Positions 10,570 to 22,408 of a DNA stretch of 64,000 nucleotides are shown in pieces. Each line of letters starts with the position of its first letter. Position 1 is the first letter of the stretch. Source of the stretch: an uncultured bacterium (GTDB lineage: Bacteria; Verrucomicrobiota; Verrucomicrobiia; Limisphaerales; UBA8199). The stretch covers positions 96,001 to 160,000 of the forward strand of contig CAVVMW010000010.1 of the NCBI GenBank assembly GCA_963749495.1, written 5' to 3'. A model generated the notes under the pieces. That model had not been told where the DNA came from, did not search any database, and worked only from the letters and a program-made list of their open reading frames with translations. The position numbers and the translations under genes were made by a program.

Positions 10570-13334
10570 AGGACAAGCGTCTCAGGTAATCGGTGATCTG
10601 GGCCTCGAAGGCCTTGGGGTACTCTTCCGCGGCGAAATCGCCCGGCGGGCTGGTCTCGCCGTAGATCACTTCGAGGGCCGTCACGACCTTGCGCAGCAGC
10701 GAAATGCCCAGCGCCCCATTTCTGCCGGCCGCGCTGACGTTGTTGATGGCCGCGGACTCGCTTGCCTGCGACCAGAGTTCCGCCGTTTGCTTGACCATCC
10801 CGCTGTAGCGAAAGCTCACGCGCGGGTCTTTGCCGGAAAGCTCCGCCAGTCTCTGCGACAGGGCCTCAGCGGATTCGGCTAATCTGCGTTGTTCCTCGCT
10901 AAGGCCGGCGGGGCTCAAGTCCGCCTGCTGTTCCTCGGTTCCGCCGGCACTGGCGTCTGACGCTGATTTTCCCTGTCCTTCGCCCTTGTCTTGTGGTTCG
11001 GCGGACTCTGCGGGTGACCGGCTGGAGCCCGTCCTGGCGAGTTGGCCGGCGCGGAACTGCGGAGACAGGCCGGCCCCTTGCTCGTTGGTCAAGGTCTCCG
11101 GACCGCGGCCGGAGGCCACAAGATTGGTTCGGCCCTCCGACCCTCCTCTACCTTCCCGGTTCGCGGATTTCCCGGACTGCGGCTGCTGCTGCTGTTGTTC
11201 TCGGGCGCCTGCCTCGGCCAGTCAATCGGCGCTCGACTGCCCGGCCTTTCCCGCAGTCTGCGCGTTGCCGCCCGAGAGCGGGCCAGGGCTTGGCATCGGC
11301 GTGGGGCGATTCGCTTGGTCCTGCTGCCGGGCGTAGATCTCGTTGAGCCGCTGCTGCAACTGGACCAGCCGCCGCGCTTGCTGAATCGCCTGCGGCAACG
11401 CCTGGCGCCGTTCCTGTTTCTGCTGCTCCTTTAGCTTCTCGATGGCGTCGAGCACGACCTTGATGCAGTTCCCCTGGCCCCGGCACATCCCGGCCTCCAG
11501 TTCGGGCAGCAGCCGGCAGGTTTCATAAAGGTGCTGCAACGCGGCCTCCTCGGACTGGAGCGCCGGCGCCCGCGCCCGCTCGTCCAGGCGGGTGCTCGCC
11601 TGCTCCATGGCCTGGAGCGCGGCGGCGAATTCCACGCGCGCCTGCTCCGGCGCGATAGCCAGGAGAAAGCCTTCCTTGAAGACCAAGGCGTAGGACCTGG
11701 TCTGGCGCTGGCTGCCCGCCAGATCGTGATACTTGCCCTCCTCGCCGCTGTCCGCCAGGGCCGTCGTGGCGGCGAGGATCTGCTTTTCCAGTTCGATCAG
11801 GTTGATCTTCGTCGCGTTGCCGCCGCGACATTGCCCCAAGGCCTTTTCCTTGGTGGTGTATTCGACGAAATAGACCGGCGATCGCCCAATGCCCGGTCCG
11901 TCGAGGGTGTTGTTGTCGCCGGCCTCGGCATAGTAGGCGGCCACTTCGTATTCCTGGAGGTCCAAAGGCGCCAGGTCGAGCGTGGCGGCCGCTTCGACTT
12001 CCTTGGCTTCGCCTTTGGGCAGGAGAATGCGATTGGTGTGCCACGAACCATTCATTTTTCTGAAAATCAACCGGAGGTCCCGAACGCCATAGTCGTCGGT
12101 CGCACTGATCGTGAGGGGGACCTTGGCGGTCGGTTCGGCCCGGATGTCGAGACCCGGTTCAATGATGTCCACCAACGGCTTTTCGTCCCGCAGGACGGTG
12201 AGTTTGAAGGGCTTATCGTTGCCGCCTTTACGGGCTTTTTGGTCCAGGAGGTCCACCCAGTAATAGGCATCACGCACGGCAATGAGCGAGTTGGTCCACT
12301 GGTTTTCCCCGGCGCGGGCGAGTTGGAGCACCGCTTGATTGGCAAAGCGGAGCCGGGCGTTGGTGAGGCTGCCGGCGGTGACAAAGCGAAAATCGAGCCG
12401 GCTGGCGCGCAACACCGTCAGGTCCGGCGAGCATTCCTCGCGCGCTGCCTCTTTGGTATAAGCCGGCGGAGTGACCCGGACCCGCGTCTCCTTGAGTTCA
12501 GGGGGAACAAACGACGTCAAGCTTGAATTGGGGCGACCGCGCTTCCCGACCGGTCACGCGGTAGGAAATCTCCCCTCTGACGCCTAACAATGGGGCGACG
12601 AATCTGCGGGAAGCCACCCGGCGCATGGCGGCATACTGCCAGGGAGCGGCATTGGTCAATTGCCACTCCAAACGGGCCTCTCGCAGCCATTTCCCGGCGA
12701 CGCTTGCCTCGATTTCCTGGTCAGTTCCCTCGACTACTTCGATGTTGCCCGGCTTTACCTCTATGCTCGTGTAGGCGGCCTGGCTCCACGGGCACAAGGC
12801 GCGCTGGACCGCTGTGGTCCCGCCCGGCACCAGGACTAAGCCCAGCCCCACAAGCATCGCAACCCCGCCTGCAACATAGCCTCGAAGGACCAACTGCCGC
12901 CGCCACCATGGGGTTTCCGTCACCACCAACTTGCGGGCGGCTTGCTCCTGGAGGGCGGCCACAAGCTCCGGCTCATAGACCTCTTTCGCCGTGCGCCCTC
13001 CCGGCAGGTACTCCACCGCAGTGGAGACAATGCAGCCCAGTTCAGGCCGCCGCCGTTCCACCTCGAGCGCGATGTCCTTGGCCGTCGAGGGCCGGCGCAG
13101 CCGCCACACCAGCCGCGCCAATCCTATCCCCAGGAAAGAAACCAACAACGCCAACCCGCAGGCGCGCGCCCCGGTGGGTAACGCCAGCCGGTAATCCGCC
13201 GCCGCCAGGACGCACAAAATCCCCAGCGCACCGCAACCCAGGCTCAAGGCCTCGCCCCACAGGCCGGCGCGGTCCTTGACTCGCCGCAGGCTCTTGAGCC
13301 GGTCCTCGGTATATTCGGCATGTCTTGTGTTCAT
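10559..13334 (-). CDS. DUF4175-like large membrane/coiled-coil protein of MoxR operons (frameshift near 12520, in-frame TGA 11222-11224)
   Basis: N-terminal TMs, VTPPAYT, ATDDYGV, AEAGDNNTLDGPG, Q/G/S-rich linker, C-terminal YPKAFEAQITDYLRRLS. ORFs 11222..12520 and 10559..11119 share a frame. Confidence 0.7.
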
Positions 13335-13345
13335 TTTTCCTCTCC

Positions 13346-15406
13346 TCAAGCCCACGTTCGATTTGCCAGCAGGAACTCCGCGATGAGCAATGCCAGGCCG
13401 GCCAGCAAGAACAGGCGCCACAATTCGCGCGAGTCATCGCCGGATAGAGCCACGGCGGAGCCTTCCAGGCCCGGATCGCTTGTCCGGGTGATCGAACCCA
13501 GGAACTCCTCGGTCGTCATCCCCGCCAGGTCGGATTCCGCAGCGGGAAGGCTGGCGGTGAAGCGGCAGACTTCCTCCCCGGTGAGGCCCTCGACCGCAAA
13601 GACTCCTGGCTGCTCCGGGCGCAGGGTGATGGCGCCGGCGCGCGGGTCAAGCCGCAGCCCCTCTTCGGCCCCTCGCAGCCGCACCGTTTGGACCGGGTCG
13701 ATTGGGATTGCCGCCTCGATGCCGCACGCCAGGTCCGGCCCGGCAGTCAGCCGCCCCTGCACCGGCCTGCCCGCGGCCAGGGCGATGACGCCTTCCAGCC
13801 AGGGAACGAAGGTCTTTCGTTTCGGCCAGTCGGTCCAGGCGGTGTCGGCGGTGGTGTTGACGGCCACGATGCGGCCCCGGCCGAGTTTCCTGCTGATGAT
13901 GAATGGCACGCCGTCGGTGAAACGGGCCACGACGGCGCTGCCGGCTTGAGCTTGCAGCGCGAAACGGCGCTTGAAAGCGGGCCGCGTGGGATCGCCGCTG
14001 TTCTCGGGCCGGAAGGCAGTGAATACAGGCGAGGCCTTGTCGAACTCGCCGAGGTGCCAGAATTCCTCAGGCCGGTCCGGGTCGCCTTCTGCCCGGCGTA
14101 GCGACATGGGGAGCAGTTCGGCAAATGCGCCCTGGTAGCGCTGGGCCGCGACGGCTTCACCCAGGAAGAGCAGGAGACCGCCGCCATTGGTCACGAAGCT
14201 CCGCAGTTCGGCGCCCAGCCCCGCCGGTTGGCGCAGTCCGGGGAGGATGACCAGCCCGCAGTCTCTTGTCCCGGCCAGGGCCGAGAGGAGCCGATCGCCT
14301 GGGACCTTGTCACACCGGAAGGGAACCCCGTTGGTGGCCGCGCTGGCCAAGACGCTCACGATGAAGAAGCTCTCCTCCTCGAAGGCGCGCGCTGAAGGCC
14401 GCGGCTCCGCTACCAGGAGACGCAACGGCTCGGGAATTCTCAGGGCCAGCCACCGGCGATTGTCCGCCGCCAGGTCGTCCAGTTTGTCCGGCCGGCCTTC
14501 CGGTTCGGCCGCCAGGCGAGCCTCGATCGTGTGCCAGCCTGGCCTCAGTGCAGGCAGCGTCAGCACCTGGCCGGACGCCCTCGCGAGATTCACCGGGCAA
14601 TTCGTCAAAGGCTGTTCATCCACCAGGACCTCCGCGTTGACCATGCCGGGAGCCCCCTCTCCAAAACCAGCAGCGTCGAGCCGGATGGCGCCGCTGGACT
14701 CCAGGCTCAGCCCGGTCAGCGCCACATTCGGCACGGCCATTTCTCCCACGGCGGCGAGCTTCAGTTCCATGCCCCGGGGCACCTTGAGGCCGATTGCCCT
14801 GCCGGCGCCGCTGCGTTGAAAGTCCGAAATGACCACGATCTGGCGCAGGCGGTTGGGCCCGGCCTGACGCAACAGCCGGACGGCCTCAGTCAGACCCTCC
14901 GCCAGGTCCCCGGCTTCGAAGCCCGGCGCAAGCTCGTGAAGAGCGGCCCGCGCCCTCGAGCCAGGCGCCAAGGGCGAGAGGACCTTGGGCGGCGCGCTTG
15001 CCTCCACCAGGGCCGCGCGGTCATCGAAACTCAGTTCCTGCAGGATATTCAGAGCTTCTGCCCGGGCCTTTGCCCAGCGATCCTTGACCAGCATCGAGGC
15101 GGATCGGTCCAATACCAGCACGACATCCCGTTTCGGGCGTATCGCCGCCTGGCTGGTCTGCCGGAGGTACGGGCGCGCAAAGGCAACCACCACCAGTGTC
15201 AGGAGCAAACAGCGCGTCACCAGCAGCAGCCAATGCCGTATCTTCTGCCGGCGGGCCGCCTCTTCGTGTTTCTCGAGGAAAAACTGGACGGTGCTGAAGC
15301 GCATCTGGCGCCGGGGACGCCGGAACAGCAGATGGATAAGGATGGGGATGACCAGTGTGGCCAAACCTCCGAGCAGCGCCAGATGAGTGAATGTCAGCCC
15401 GCCCAT
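13346..15406 (-). CDS. BatA N-terminal + VWA domain membrane protein
   Basis: IPILIHLLFRR..RFSTVQF..LLLVTRCLLL..FARP (BatA), VLDRSASM MIDAS, VISDFQ, C-terminal TM ELWRLFLLAGLALLIAEFLLA. Confidence 0.9.
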   Translation of the reverse strand: MGGLTFTHLALLGGLATLVIPILIHLLFRRPRRQMRFSTVQFFLEKHEEAARRQKIRHWLLLVTRCLLLTLVVVAFARPYLRQTSQAAIRPKRDVVLVLDRSASMLVKDRWAKARAEALNILQELSFDDRAALVEASAPPKVLSPLAPGSRARAALHELAPGFEAGDLAEGLTEAVRLLRQAGPNRLRQIVVISDFQRSGAGRAIGLKVPRGMELKLAAVGEMAVPNVALTGLSLESSGAIRLDAAGFGEGAPGMVNAEVLVDEQPLTNCPVNLARASGQVLTLPALRPGWHTIEARLAAEPEGRPDKLDDLAADNRRWLALRIPEPLRLLVAEPRPSARAFEEESFFIVSVLASAATNGVPFRCDKVPGDRLLSALAGTRDCGLVILPGLRQPAGLGAELRSFVTNGGGLLLFLGEAVAAQRYQGAFAELLPMSLRRAEGDPDRPEEFWHLGEFDKASPVFTAFRPENSGDPTRPAFKRRFALQAQAGSAVVARFTDGVPFIISRKLGRGRIVAVNTTADTAWTDWPKRKTFVPWLEGVIALAAGRPVQGRLTAGPDLACGIEAAIPIDPVQTVRLRGAEEGLRLDPRAGAITLRPEQPGVFAVEGLTGEEVCRFTASLPAAESDLAGMTTEEFLGSITRTSDPGLEGSAVALSGDDSRELWRLFLLAGLALLIAEFLLANRTWA

Positions 15407-16312
15407 CTAGACCTCCATCCGCGCCTCGAGGCAGGCCGCCAACGCCCCTTCCAGGGGTTGGTCGGTGCGGAGCAGAAAATAGTCCGCTTCCAGTCTCTCG
15501 CACTCGAGCTTTGTTTGAGCCAGAAAGGCCCGGAAACGGCCCAGATACTCCTCCCGAAACGCGCCGGCGTGCAGCCTGATTTTCTGCCCGGTTTCCGCAT
15601 CCTCGAACTCGAAGTCCTCGTGGAAATCGAAATCCGCCTCTTCCGGAGCCACGATGTGGAACACCAACAACTCCTGGCGCTGAAGCTGCAACTGCCGCAG
15701 CAAATCAAAAATGACCGAGCCCGAGGAAAGCAGGTCCGAAATGACGATGGCCAGACCCCGCCGGCGAAGGCTCGCGGCGGCCTGGCCAAGGCCGGTGATG
15801 GCCTGCGTGCGCCCGGAGGGAACCGCCCGCGCGAGCGCGGTGAGCAGCTCCTCCAGGTGCTGCGCCCGGCATTGGCTGGGCAGGACCTCCAGGGCCCGTT
15901 CGCCCAAAAAGATCAGGCCCGGCGCGTCATGCTGGCGGACCAATAGGTAGGACAACGCCGCCGCCAGATTGCGCGCACACGTGAACTTGTCGGGCGTCCC
16001 AAATGCCATCGAGGCGCTCGTATCCAGCAGCACCTGCGCGCGCAGGTTGGTGTTGTCCTCGAACTGCTTCACATAGAGCTTGTCCGTCCGGCCCCAAACC
16101 CGCCAATCCAGGTATCGCAGGTTGTCGCCCATCATATAGGGGCGGTAGCTGTCAAACTCGGAGCTGTGCCCCAGAAACGGGCTGCGGTGGAGTCCGTTGA
16201 GGAACCCGTTGACCACCCCGCGCGCGAGCAGAACGAGGTCCTCGACGGATGCGACCAGCTTCGAGTCGAGCGGCGCCGCCTCGGGTTTGGGTCGTGGCGA
16301 AGGAGCTTGCAT
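15407..16312 (-). CDS. DUF58 domain protein
   Basis: GLHRSPFLGHSSEFDSYRPY..GDNLRYLDWRV..RTDKLYVKQFE..LLDTSASM; directly after moxR. Confidence 0.93.
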   Translation of the reverse strand: MQAPSPRPKPEAAPLDSKLVASVEDLVLLARGVVNGFLNGLHRSPFLGHSSEFDSYRPYMMGDNLRYLDWRVWGRTDKLYVKQFEDNTNLRAQVLLDTSASMAFGTPDKFTCARNLAAALSYLLVRQHDAPGLIFLGERALEVLPSQCRAQHLEELLTALARAVPSGRTQAITGLGQAAASLRRRGLAIVISDLLSSGSVIFDLLRQLQLQRQELLVFHIVAPEEADFDFHEDFEFEDAETGQKIRLHAGAFREEYLGRFRAFLAQTKLECERLEADYFLLRTDQPLEGALAACLEARMEV

Positions 16313-16318
16313 GGCGCC

Positions 16319-17338
<1,020 letters not shown>

Positions 17339-17361
17339 GGTTCAAGTTCGAAGGGTTGAGG

Positions 17362-17378
17362 TTTTACAATTGTGCGAG
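17362..17378. promoter_or_regulatory. Putative BlaI-family operator upstream of moxR
   Basis: TTTTACAATTGTGCGAG, core resembling TACA-NN-TGTA; 16/17 identical to the reverse complement of 19537-19553. Confidence 0.7.
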
Positions 17379-17431
17379 TTGACCGTCTAAAATGCCTTCT
17401 CCAAACTCAGTCTGGCCGGCTTGGTTCATCG

Positions 17432-17556
17432 TAACTGTTCAGGTCGCGCATAGGAGCGCGGACGCCCCGTCCGCGCGTTTTTTGCCGCCGGAGCCGCGCG
17501 GACGAGGCGTCCGCGCTCCTATGGAACGGCCCTTTTCACGGCAACCTGAACAGTTA
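17432..17556. repeat. Nested palindromic REP-like element between blaR1 and moxR
   Basis: Outer IR taactgttcaggt/acctgaacagtta; inner IR cataggagcgcggacgcc/ggcgtccgcgctcctatg. Confidence 0.8.
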
Positions 17557-17559
17557 TGG

Positions 17560-19122
17560 TTAATCTATCGTTACTGCCGCCAACAGCGGGGCGGGCCCGG
17601 TTGCCCGGGCCGAGTATTCCACGCTCTCGACCGGCATGGCCGGGCGCGGGTTGACAAAGGTGGTCCGATAAAGCCGCAAAGCCAGGCCGGCGGCGCGCGT
17701 CTCGGGATTGCCTCCGGTCCAGGCCATGGCGCTGCCCGGATCACGAACCGGTGAAAAGGCCGCAAATCGGCAATCCTGAAGGTGTTCGCCGTAGCGAATG
17801 GCCAACTCGGCCGTGCTCCCGTCACGGTAATGAAACCGCACATGTCCCACGGTTGCGCCCTGCCCGGCAGTTCCATCCAGGGCGTGGAGCAAATGAATTC
17901 TATGGAAAGCGATTCCGACGCTCGCAAGGATCGAAGAGGAAGCTGGCACCGGCGTCACACCTTTGATGACCCAGTACACGCCGCCGAACTGCTGCTCGCC
18001 CGCAGGCAGTTCCTCGAAAGGCTGCCCGCTGGAATCGCGGTTGGCGGCTGTGCCCAAAACCAAGGCTCTTGGATGGGCTCCAATCTCGGCGGCAACCAAG
18101 GCGCTCCGGTGGGCTCCAACTCCAACTGGCAGAACGACAACGGCTGCAATGAGAACGCCCAGTACCGCCGCGGCGCTGGGCCATAACCGGAACGACCTCT
18201 TGGGCGCCAAGATCGTTGTTAAACGGTCCTCCAGCTCCTTGGCCTGCCCGGAAATCGCCAGTGAAGAGGGCGGCATCGCCGGACTGAATTGGGCGACCAA
18301 GTGATCTACCAGAACGCTCCCATAGGCTGCCGCGTCCACCCGCAACGCCGCAATCGCCATCTCATCACAACATTTCTCGCGCTCGTGCCGCAACCGGGCG
18401 TTGAGCCACCAAACCGCCGGGTGAAACCAGAAGACCGCCTGCACCAGCACCTGCACGAAATTGACCAACACGTCCCACCGCAGGACGTGGGCCAACTCAT
18501 GAGCCAGCACAACTTGTCGTTCCCGGGCATGGCCCACGCCGGGAAAGGCCGCCGGCAGGTAGATGCAGCCTCGCCAGATGCCCCACACGAACGGCTGGCC
18601 GGCCGAGGCCAACAAACACAGCTTGGGCCGGTTCCGCAACCCCAGCCGGCGGCACAACTCCAGAAACTCGCATTCCAGCTCCAGGTCCGGTTCAACCCGG
18701 GTGCGGCGCAACCTGGCTTGGATGCGAAGCGCCTTCAGCGCACCCAGCCCCACCATGGCCGCGGCGCCAACGAACCAGACCAGCGCGCAGAGTGTACCGG
18801 GCGACAGACCGGTGTGCGGCGCAACGGCCTGAACTGCCTGCGACCCGGCCGGAGGCGCTGCTGTGGCTTGTTCCCCGTTTGCCTGCACAACCGCGACGCC
18901 CACAGCGCCCTGAATCAGAGGCACGACCCTCCCCGGCACAGGAAGCGCAACGAACGCGGGCACAAGGCACTTCGCCAGCACGAGCAGCCCCAAAAGATAA
19001 CGCCAATGCGCGCTCGTCCTCCGGCTCAAGCGCCACACCAACGCCAGCGCCAGGGCCGGCGGGAGCACCTGCAAGGATTGGCTCCAGACCCACTCGAGGG
19101 CGCGCTGGCTCAATGGGTTCAC
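17560..19122 (-). CDS. BlaR1/MecR1-family M56 metallopeptidase sensor with C-terminal galactose-binding-like domain
   Basis: TMs, PFVWG, HELAHV.RWD zinc motif, FWFHPAVW, REKCCDE; no penicillin-binding domain. Confidence 0.92.
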   Translation of the reverse strand: MNPLSQRALEWVWSQSLQVLPPALALALVWRLSRRTSAHWRYLLGLLVLAKCLVPAFVALPVPGRVVPLIQGAVGVAVVQANGEQATAAPPAGSQAVQAVAPHTGLSPGTLCALVWFVGAAAMVGLGALKALRIQARLRRTRVEPDLELECEFLELCRRLGLRNRPKLCLLASAGQPFVWGIWRGCIYLPAAFPGVGHARERQVVLAHELAHVLRWDVLVNFVQVLVQAVFWFHPAVWWLNARLRHEREKCCDEMAIAALRVDAAAYGSVLVDHLVAQFSPAMPPSSLAISGQAKELEDRLTTILAPKRSFRLWPSAAAVLGVLIAAVVVLPVGVGAHRSALVAAEIGAHPRALVLGTAANRDSSGQPFEELPAGEQQFGGVYWVIKGVTPVPASSSILASVGIAFHRIHLLHALDGTAGQGATVGHVRFHYRDGSTAELAIRYGEHLQDCRFAAFSPVRDPGSAMAWTGGNPETRAAGLALRLYRTTFVNPRPAMPVESVEYSARATGPAPLLAAVTID

Positions 19123-19523
19123 GATTCCTTCTTTCGCTTGGCGGCGGCGAGCATTGCCTGCAGCCGCTTTACGTCGCCCTGGTCAATTTGGTTGGTCTCC
19201 GCCAGGTGCATCACCAGCGGCACGGCGTCACCTCCAAAGAACCGCTTCACCAGTTCGCTCACCGTCTTGGAAATCACCCGTTGCGGCTGGATGGCCGGTG
19301 AAAAGAAATGCGCCTTCCCCACTGTGCGCGATTTCAAAAACCCCTTGTCGCGCAGTCTCCTCAAGACCGTCAATACCGTCGCGGGCGCCAGGTCGCGCCC
19401 TTCCGGCAGGGCCTCCCAAATCTGCTGCGCGCTGGCCTCCTTCAATTCCCAGATCAACCGCAGGATTTCCGCCTCGCGGGCGCCCAGGCTCGCCATGTCG
19501 TCTTGAGGATGCTTTGCAGCCAT
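19119..19523 (-). CDS. BlaI/MecI/CopY family repressor
   Basis: LGAREAEILRLIW..TVLTVLRRLRDKGFL....GKAHFF; overlaps the M56 start by 4 nt. Confidence 0.93.
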   Translation of the reverse strand: MAAKHPQDDMASLGAREAEILRLIWELKEASAQQIWEALPEGRDLAPATVLTVLRRLRDKGFLKSRTVGKAHFFSPAIQPQRVISKTVSELVKRFFGGDAVPLVMHLAETNQIDQGDVKRLQAMLAAAKRKKES

Positions 19524-19536
19524 TGCTCGCGCCCAT

Positions 19537-19553
19537 CTTGCACAATTGTAAAA
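19537..19553. promoter_or_regulatory. Putative BlaI autoregulatory operator
   Basis: CTTGCACAATTGTAAAA directly upstream of blaI ATG 19523. Confidence 0.7.
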
Positions 19554-19622
19554 GAAAGTCAATACCGAAATTGCCAGATCAGGTAACCGGTCAGTGAAGG
19601 CGGAGACAGAGCCCTCGGGGGA

Positions 19623-19768
19623 CCCCTCACCCCGGCCCTCTCCCCGTCTGACGGGGAGAGGGAGAAGCCTCGTCAGTCTCCGGAATTTCCTGGCGTCTCG
19701 GCTTCCTCAACACGCTACGGAGAATTCTCCCTCTCCCCATCGGATGGGGAGAGGGCCGGGGTGAGGGG
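19623..19768. repeat. 146-bp REP/MITE-like element, copy 2
   Basis: Same 40-bp inverted ends (19623-19662, 19729-19768) and same length as 7982-8127; different core. Confidence 0.85.
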
Positions 19769-21796
19769 CCTCCCGGCCAGGCCGCGCCCGCCTTCACTGA
19801 GGCCTTGCCAGATCAGGTCTCCCAGGTCCACCTCGCGCTGGGCGGGCACCACCACGTTCGTGCGCCAGGCGCCGCGGCAAATCTCGCGCTCCCCCGTGGC
19901 ATCCAATTCGTGCCAGTGGGCCTCCAGTTCATAGCGGCCGGGCGGCACGCACTCCACGTGGAAGGCCCCCGCGTCGCCAAATTCCAGCTGGTAAAGCACA
20001 CCGGACGCATCATCCCGCCGGAGAAGACGGGCCGGGGCCCTGGTGTCTTCCCAAGCCGGCTCGGCGCCGGGCACATGGAGCCGGCCCACCACCCGCGTGC
20101 CAGACCCGCCGACCTTGACTGAATGACACTCGCCGGGCTCGACCTCCACCTCGACACCATGGCTGAGGAAGCTCCGCACGACTTGGCCCACCCGGTGGCG
20201 GCCGGGCGGGACCCGTTCGAAAGTGAATCGGCCAGCCTCATCCGTCAACGTGGCAAACGCATTTTCCTGAAACCAGAGGTTGGTGAATCCAAGGGAACTT
20301 AAGGCCACCAACCGGTGGCTCTGTGGGGAGCCGTTGAACTCAAGCTGCCCTTCGAGGCGCGCCCAAGCCCGCAACGTTAGCCCCCGGGATCTTCGAACGT
20401 CCTCCAACGGCATCGCTCCAAACCCCTCCTCCGGTTTGGCCGCAAACGCCCAGGTTGCACCGTGGGAGACATCGAGTTCAAAGCGTCCGGCTTTGTCCGC
20501 GAACACTCCGTCAGAAACCGCGTTGGTCACGAAAGCGCCCTTCCCGAGCACTGCTTCCATCCCGGCGCCAGCCGCTCTGACCTCGGTGCCTGGCACGGGC
20601 CGTCCGTTCACATCGCGCACGACACCCGCAATGCGTTCTGCCGCGCGCAGCTTGAACTCCAACTCCACACACTCCTCCTCCGCCCCGAGCTTGCGCGAGA
20701 CGACACTTTCCCGTCCAGGTGCGCCGACCCGCACAAAGACGGGCGCCTGGGCCGGAAGCGGCAGAACAAACTCCCCGGGACGGTTTCCTTTGCGGGGCGG
20801 CTCACGCCGCGAAATGAGGCCCTCCGGCCGCTGCTCCAGGATCATTAGGCTGAAATTCTCAACCGCCTGCCCGAGCCCGTCGCGCACCAGGCCATTCACG
20901 ACGCGATCCCGTCGGAGCGTTATTTGCCAGTTCGTCTGCCCTGTGACGAGAAGCAGACCGTGCTGCGGACGATAGCCCGTCCCGCTCACGGCGCATCGGA
21001 CCTCCCCTGTTGGAGCATTGGGCCAGACGACCACGCCGTTCGTATCGGTTCGCCAGCGCCAGTCCCAGGGCACCGGCGCACCCCACTGCTCCACGGCCAC
21101 TTCGGCGTTCGGGACCGCGAGCTTGCCGGAGTCCACGACGCGCAATCGAGTGGCTTTCGCCGGGCGCAAAACCCAGCGCAACTCGGCCGCCTGGCCCAGC
21201 ACTATCACCTCGGTCCGGCTCGCAGCATAGCCCGGTGCCTCGGCGACCAGGACCAATGGTCCGGAACGGCAGTTCCTTAATTCGAATCGTCCATCCACGG
21301 GCGTCCACACGGGAAAATCCCCTCCCAGGATGCGGACTCCTTCGATCCCCCGGCCCGATTCATCAAGCACCAGACCACGGACCGCGGTCCCCCCTTCGAG
21401 CACGACCACTTCCGAGGAGGACGGCGCCGTCTCGCGGGCAAAATCGGGGTGGGCAAACGTCAGGCGCTCGGGCGCATTCGTAATCGACCAGTGTCCCTGC
21501 GAATCGGTGATGCCCAAGACATCCCGCCCCGGACGGCGAAAAGACGGCGCAATCGCCGGCCCGCTCGTGCCGTCGAGGATGATTGCGCCGGACACAGGAT
21601 TGCCCCGTTGATCCAGGGCAACTCCTCCGGCGCCGTGCCCTGCTGCCCGAGTTTGAGGGCCGTGAGACAACCCAAGAACAAGCAGCAGGGCGAACAACCT
21701 CGCCAAGACTCCGTCACAGACGCTCGGTTGTTCGTCCGCGATTCTCCGGCAAAACCGCGGCAAGCGCAGCGGGCGCCTTTCGAGGAGGCTTCGCAT
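19715..21796 (-). CDS. Carboxypeptidase-regulatory-like domain repeat protein
   Basis: Repeated GxVxDxxGxPVxGxxV and TDxxGRF motifs; start uncertain (21796 or 21901); last residues come from the palindromic element. Confidence 0.75.
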   Translation of the reverse strand: MRSLLERRPLRLPRFCRRIADEQPSVCDGVLARLFALLLVLGLSHGPQTRAAGHGAGGVALDQRGNPVSGAIILDGTSGPAIAPSFRRPGRDVLGITDSQGHWSITNAPERLTFAHPDFARETAPSSSEVVVLEGGTAVRGLVLDESGRGIEGVRILGGDFPVWTPVDGRFELRNCRSGPLVLVAEAPGYAASRTEVIVLGQAAELRWVLRPAKATRLRVVDSGKLAVPNAEVAVEQWGAPVPWDWRWRTDTNGVVVWPNAPTGEVRCAVSGTGYRPQHGLLLVTGQTNWQITLRRDRVVNGLVRDGLGQAVENFSLMILEQRPEGLISRREPPRKGNRPGEFVLPLPAQAPVFVRVGAPGRESVVSRKLGAEEECVELEFKLRAAERIAGVVRDVNGRPVPGTEVRAAGAGMEAVLGKGAFVTNAVSDGVFADKAGRFELDVSHGATWAFAAKPEEGFGAMPLEDVRRSRGLTLRAWARLEGQLEFNGSPQSHRLVALSSLGFTNLWFQENAFATLTDEAGRFTFERVPPGRHRVGQVVRSFLSHGVEVEVEPGECHSVKVGGSGTRVVGRLHVPGAEPAWEDTRAPARLLRRDDASGVLYQLEFGDAGAFHVECVPPGRYELEAHWHELDATGEREICRGAWRTNVVVPAQREVDLGDLIWQGLSEGGRGLAGRPLTPALSPSDGERENSP

Positions 21797-22408
21797 ACCC
21801 GTCAGTTCGCTAACGACGCTCGGGCCGGACCGCGCAACTGGTCGCTGGGGATGCCCCGGCGCTTGGCCAGGGGATCGATATACCAGCGGTAGGTGCCGCA
21901 CTCCGAAAAGAAGTCCAGGAGCGTGCCAGACCTGGAGCCGCCCGGTTGCCCGGCATCGGCGCGACAGAACCGTCGCGGGTTCGAACTCATTGCCCTGAGC
22001 ATATCGAGGTTTGCAGCGGGATCAAGCTCAGGCCTGCTTTCTGCTTCGACGATGTTACGCGATGTTGCGGCCTGGGTGTTGGCGAGCGCGGCCAGGCCGT
22101 CACCGCCGATGGCTTGCGCCACCGACAGGCCCGCCCCTCTGCCGCAGAGCATGCCCCAGCCGGAGTCTCCCGCGGTCTCGACGCGTCGGCACTATCACTA
22201 CTCGGCCCAACCACCCATTGCCGAGGCAGGACTTTCACCTGCGAGCATGTCCAAGGTTGAAGGCCGCACATAGGAATTTAGTTTTTTGCCGCGCCGCCGG
22301 CTTGACGCTTCGCGGGTGATATATAGACGCATTCAGATGTGGCAGGCCAGAAGAGGGACTATTAAGTGTAGCACATGAAGGTCTATAGGCTCCTGCCACT
22401 GCTCCAGC

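Noticed and set aside
17560..19523. Beta-lactam resistance locus
   Set aside because: The sensor lacks a penicillin-binding domain and no beta-lactamase or PBP gene is present.
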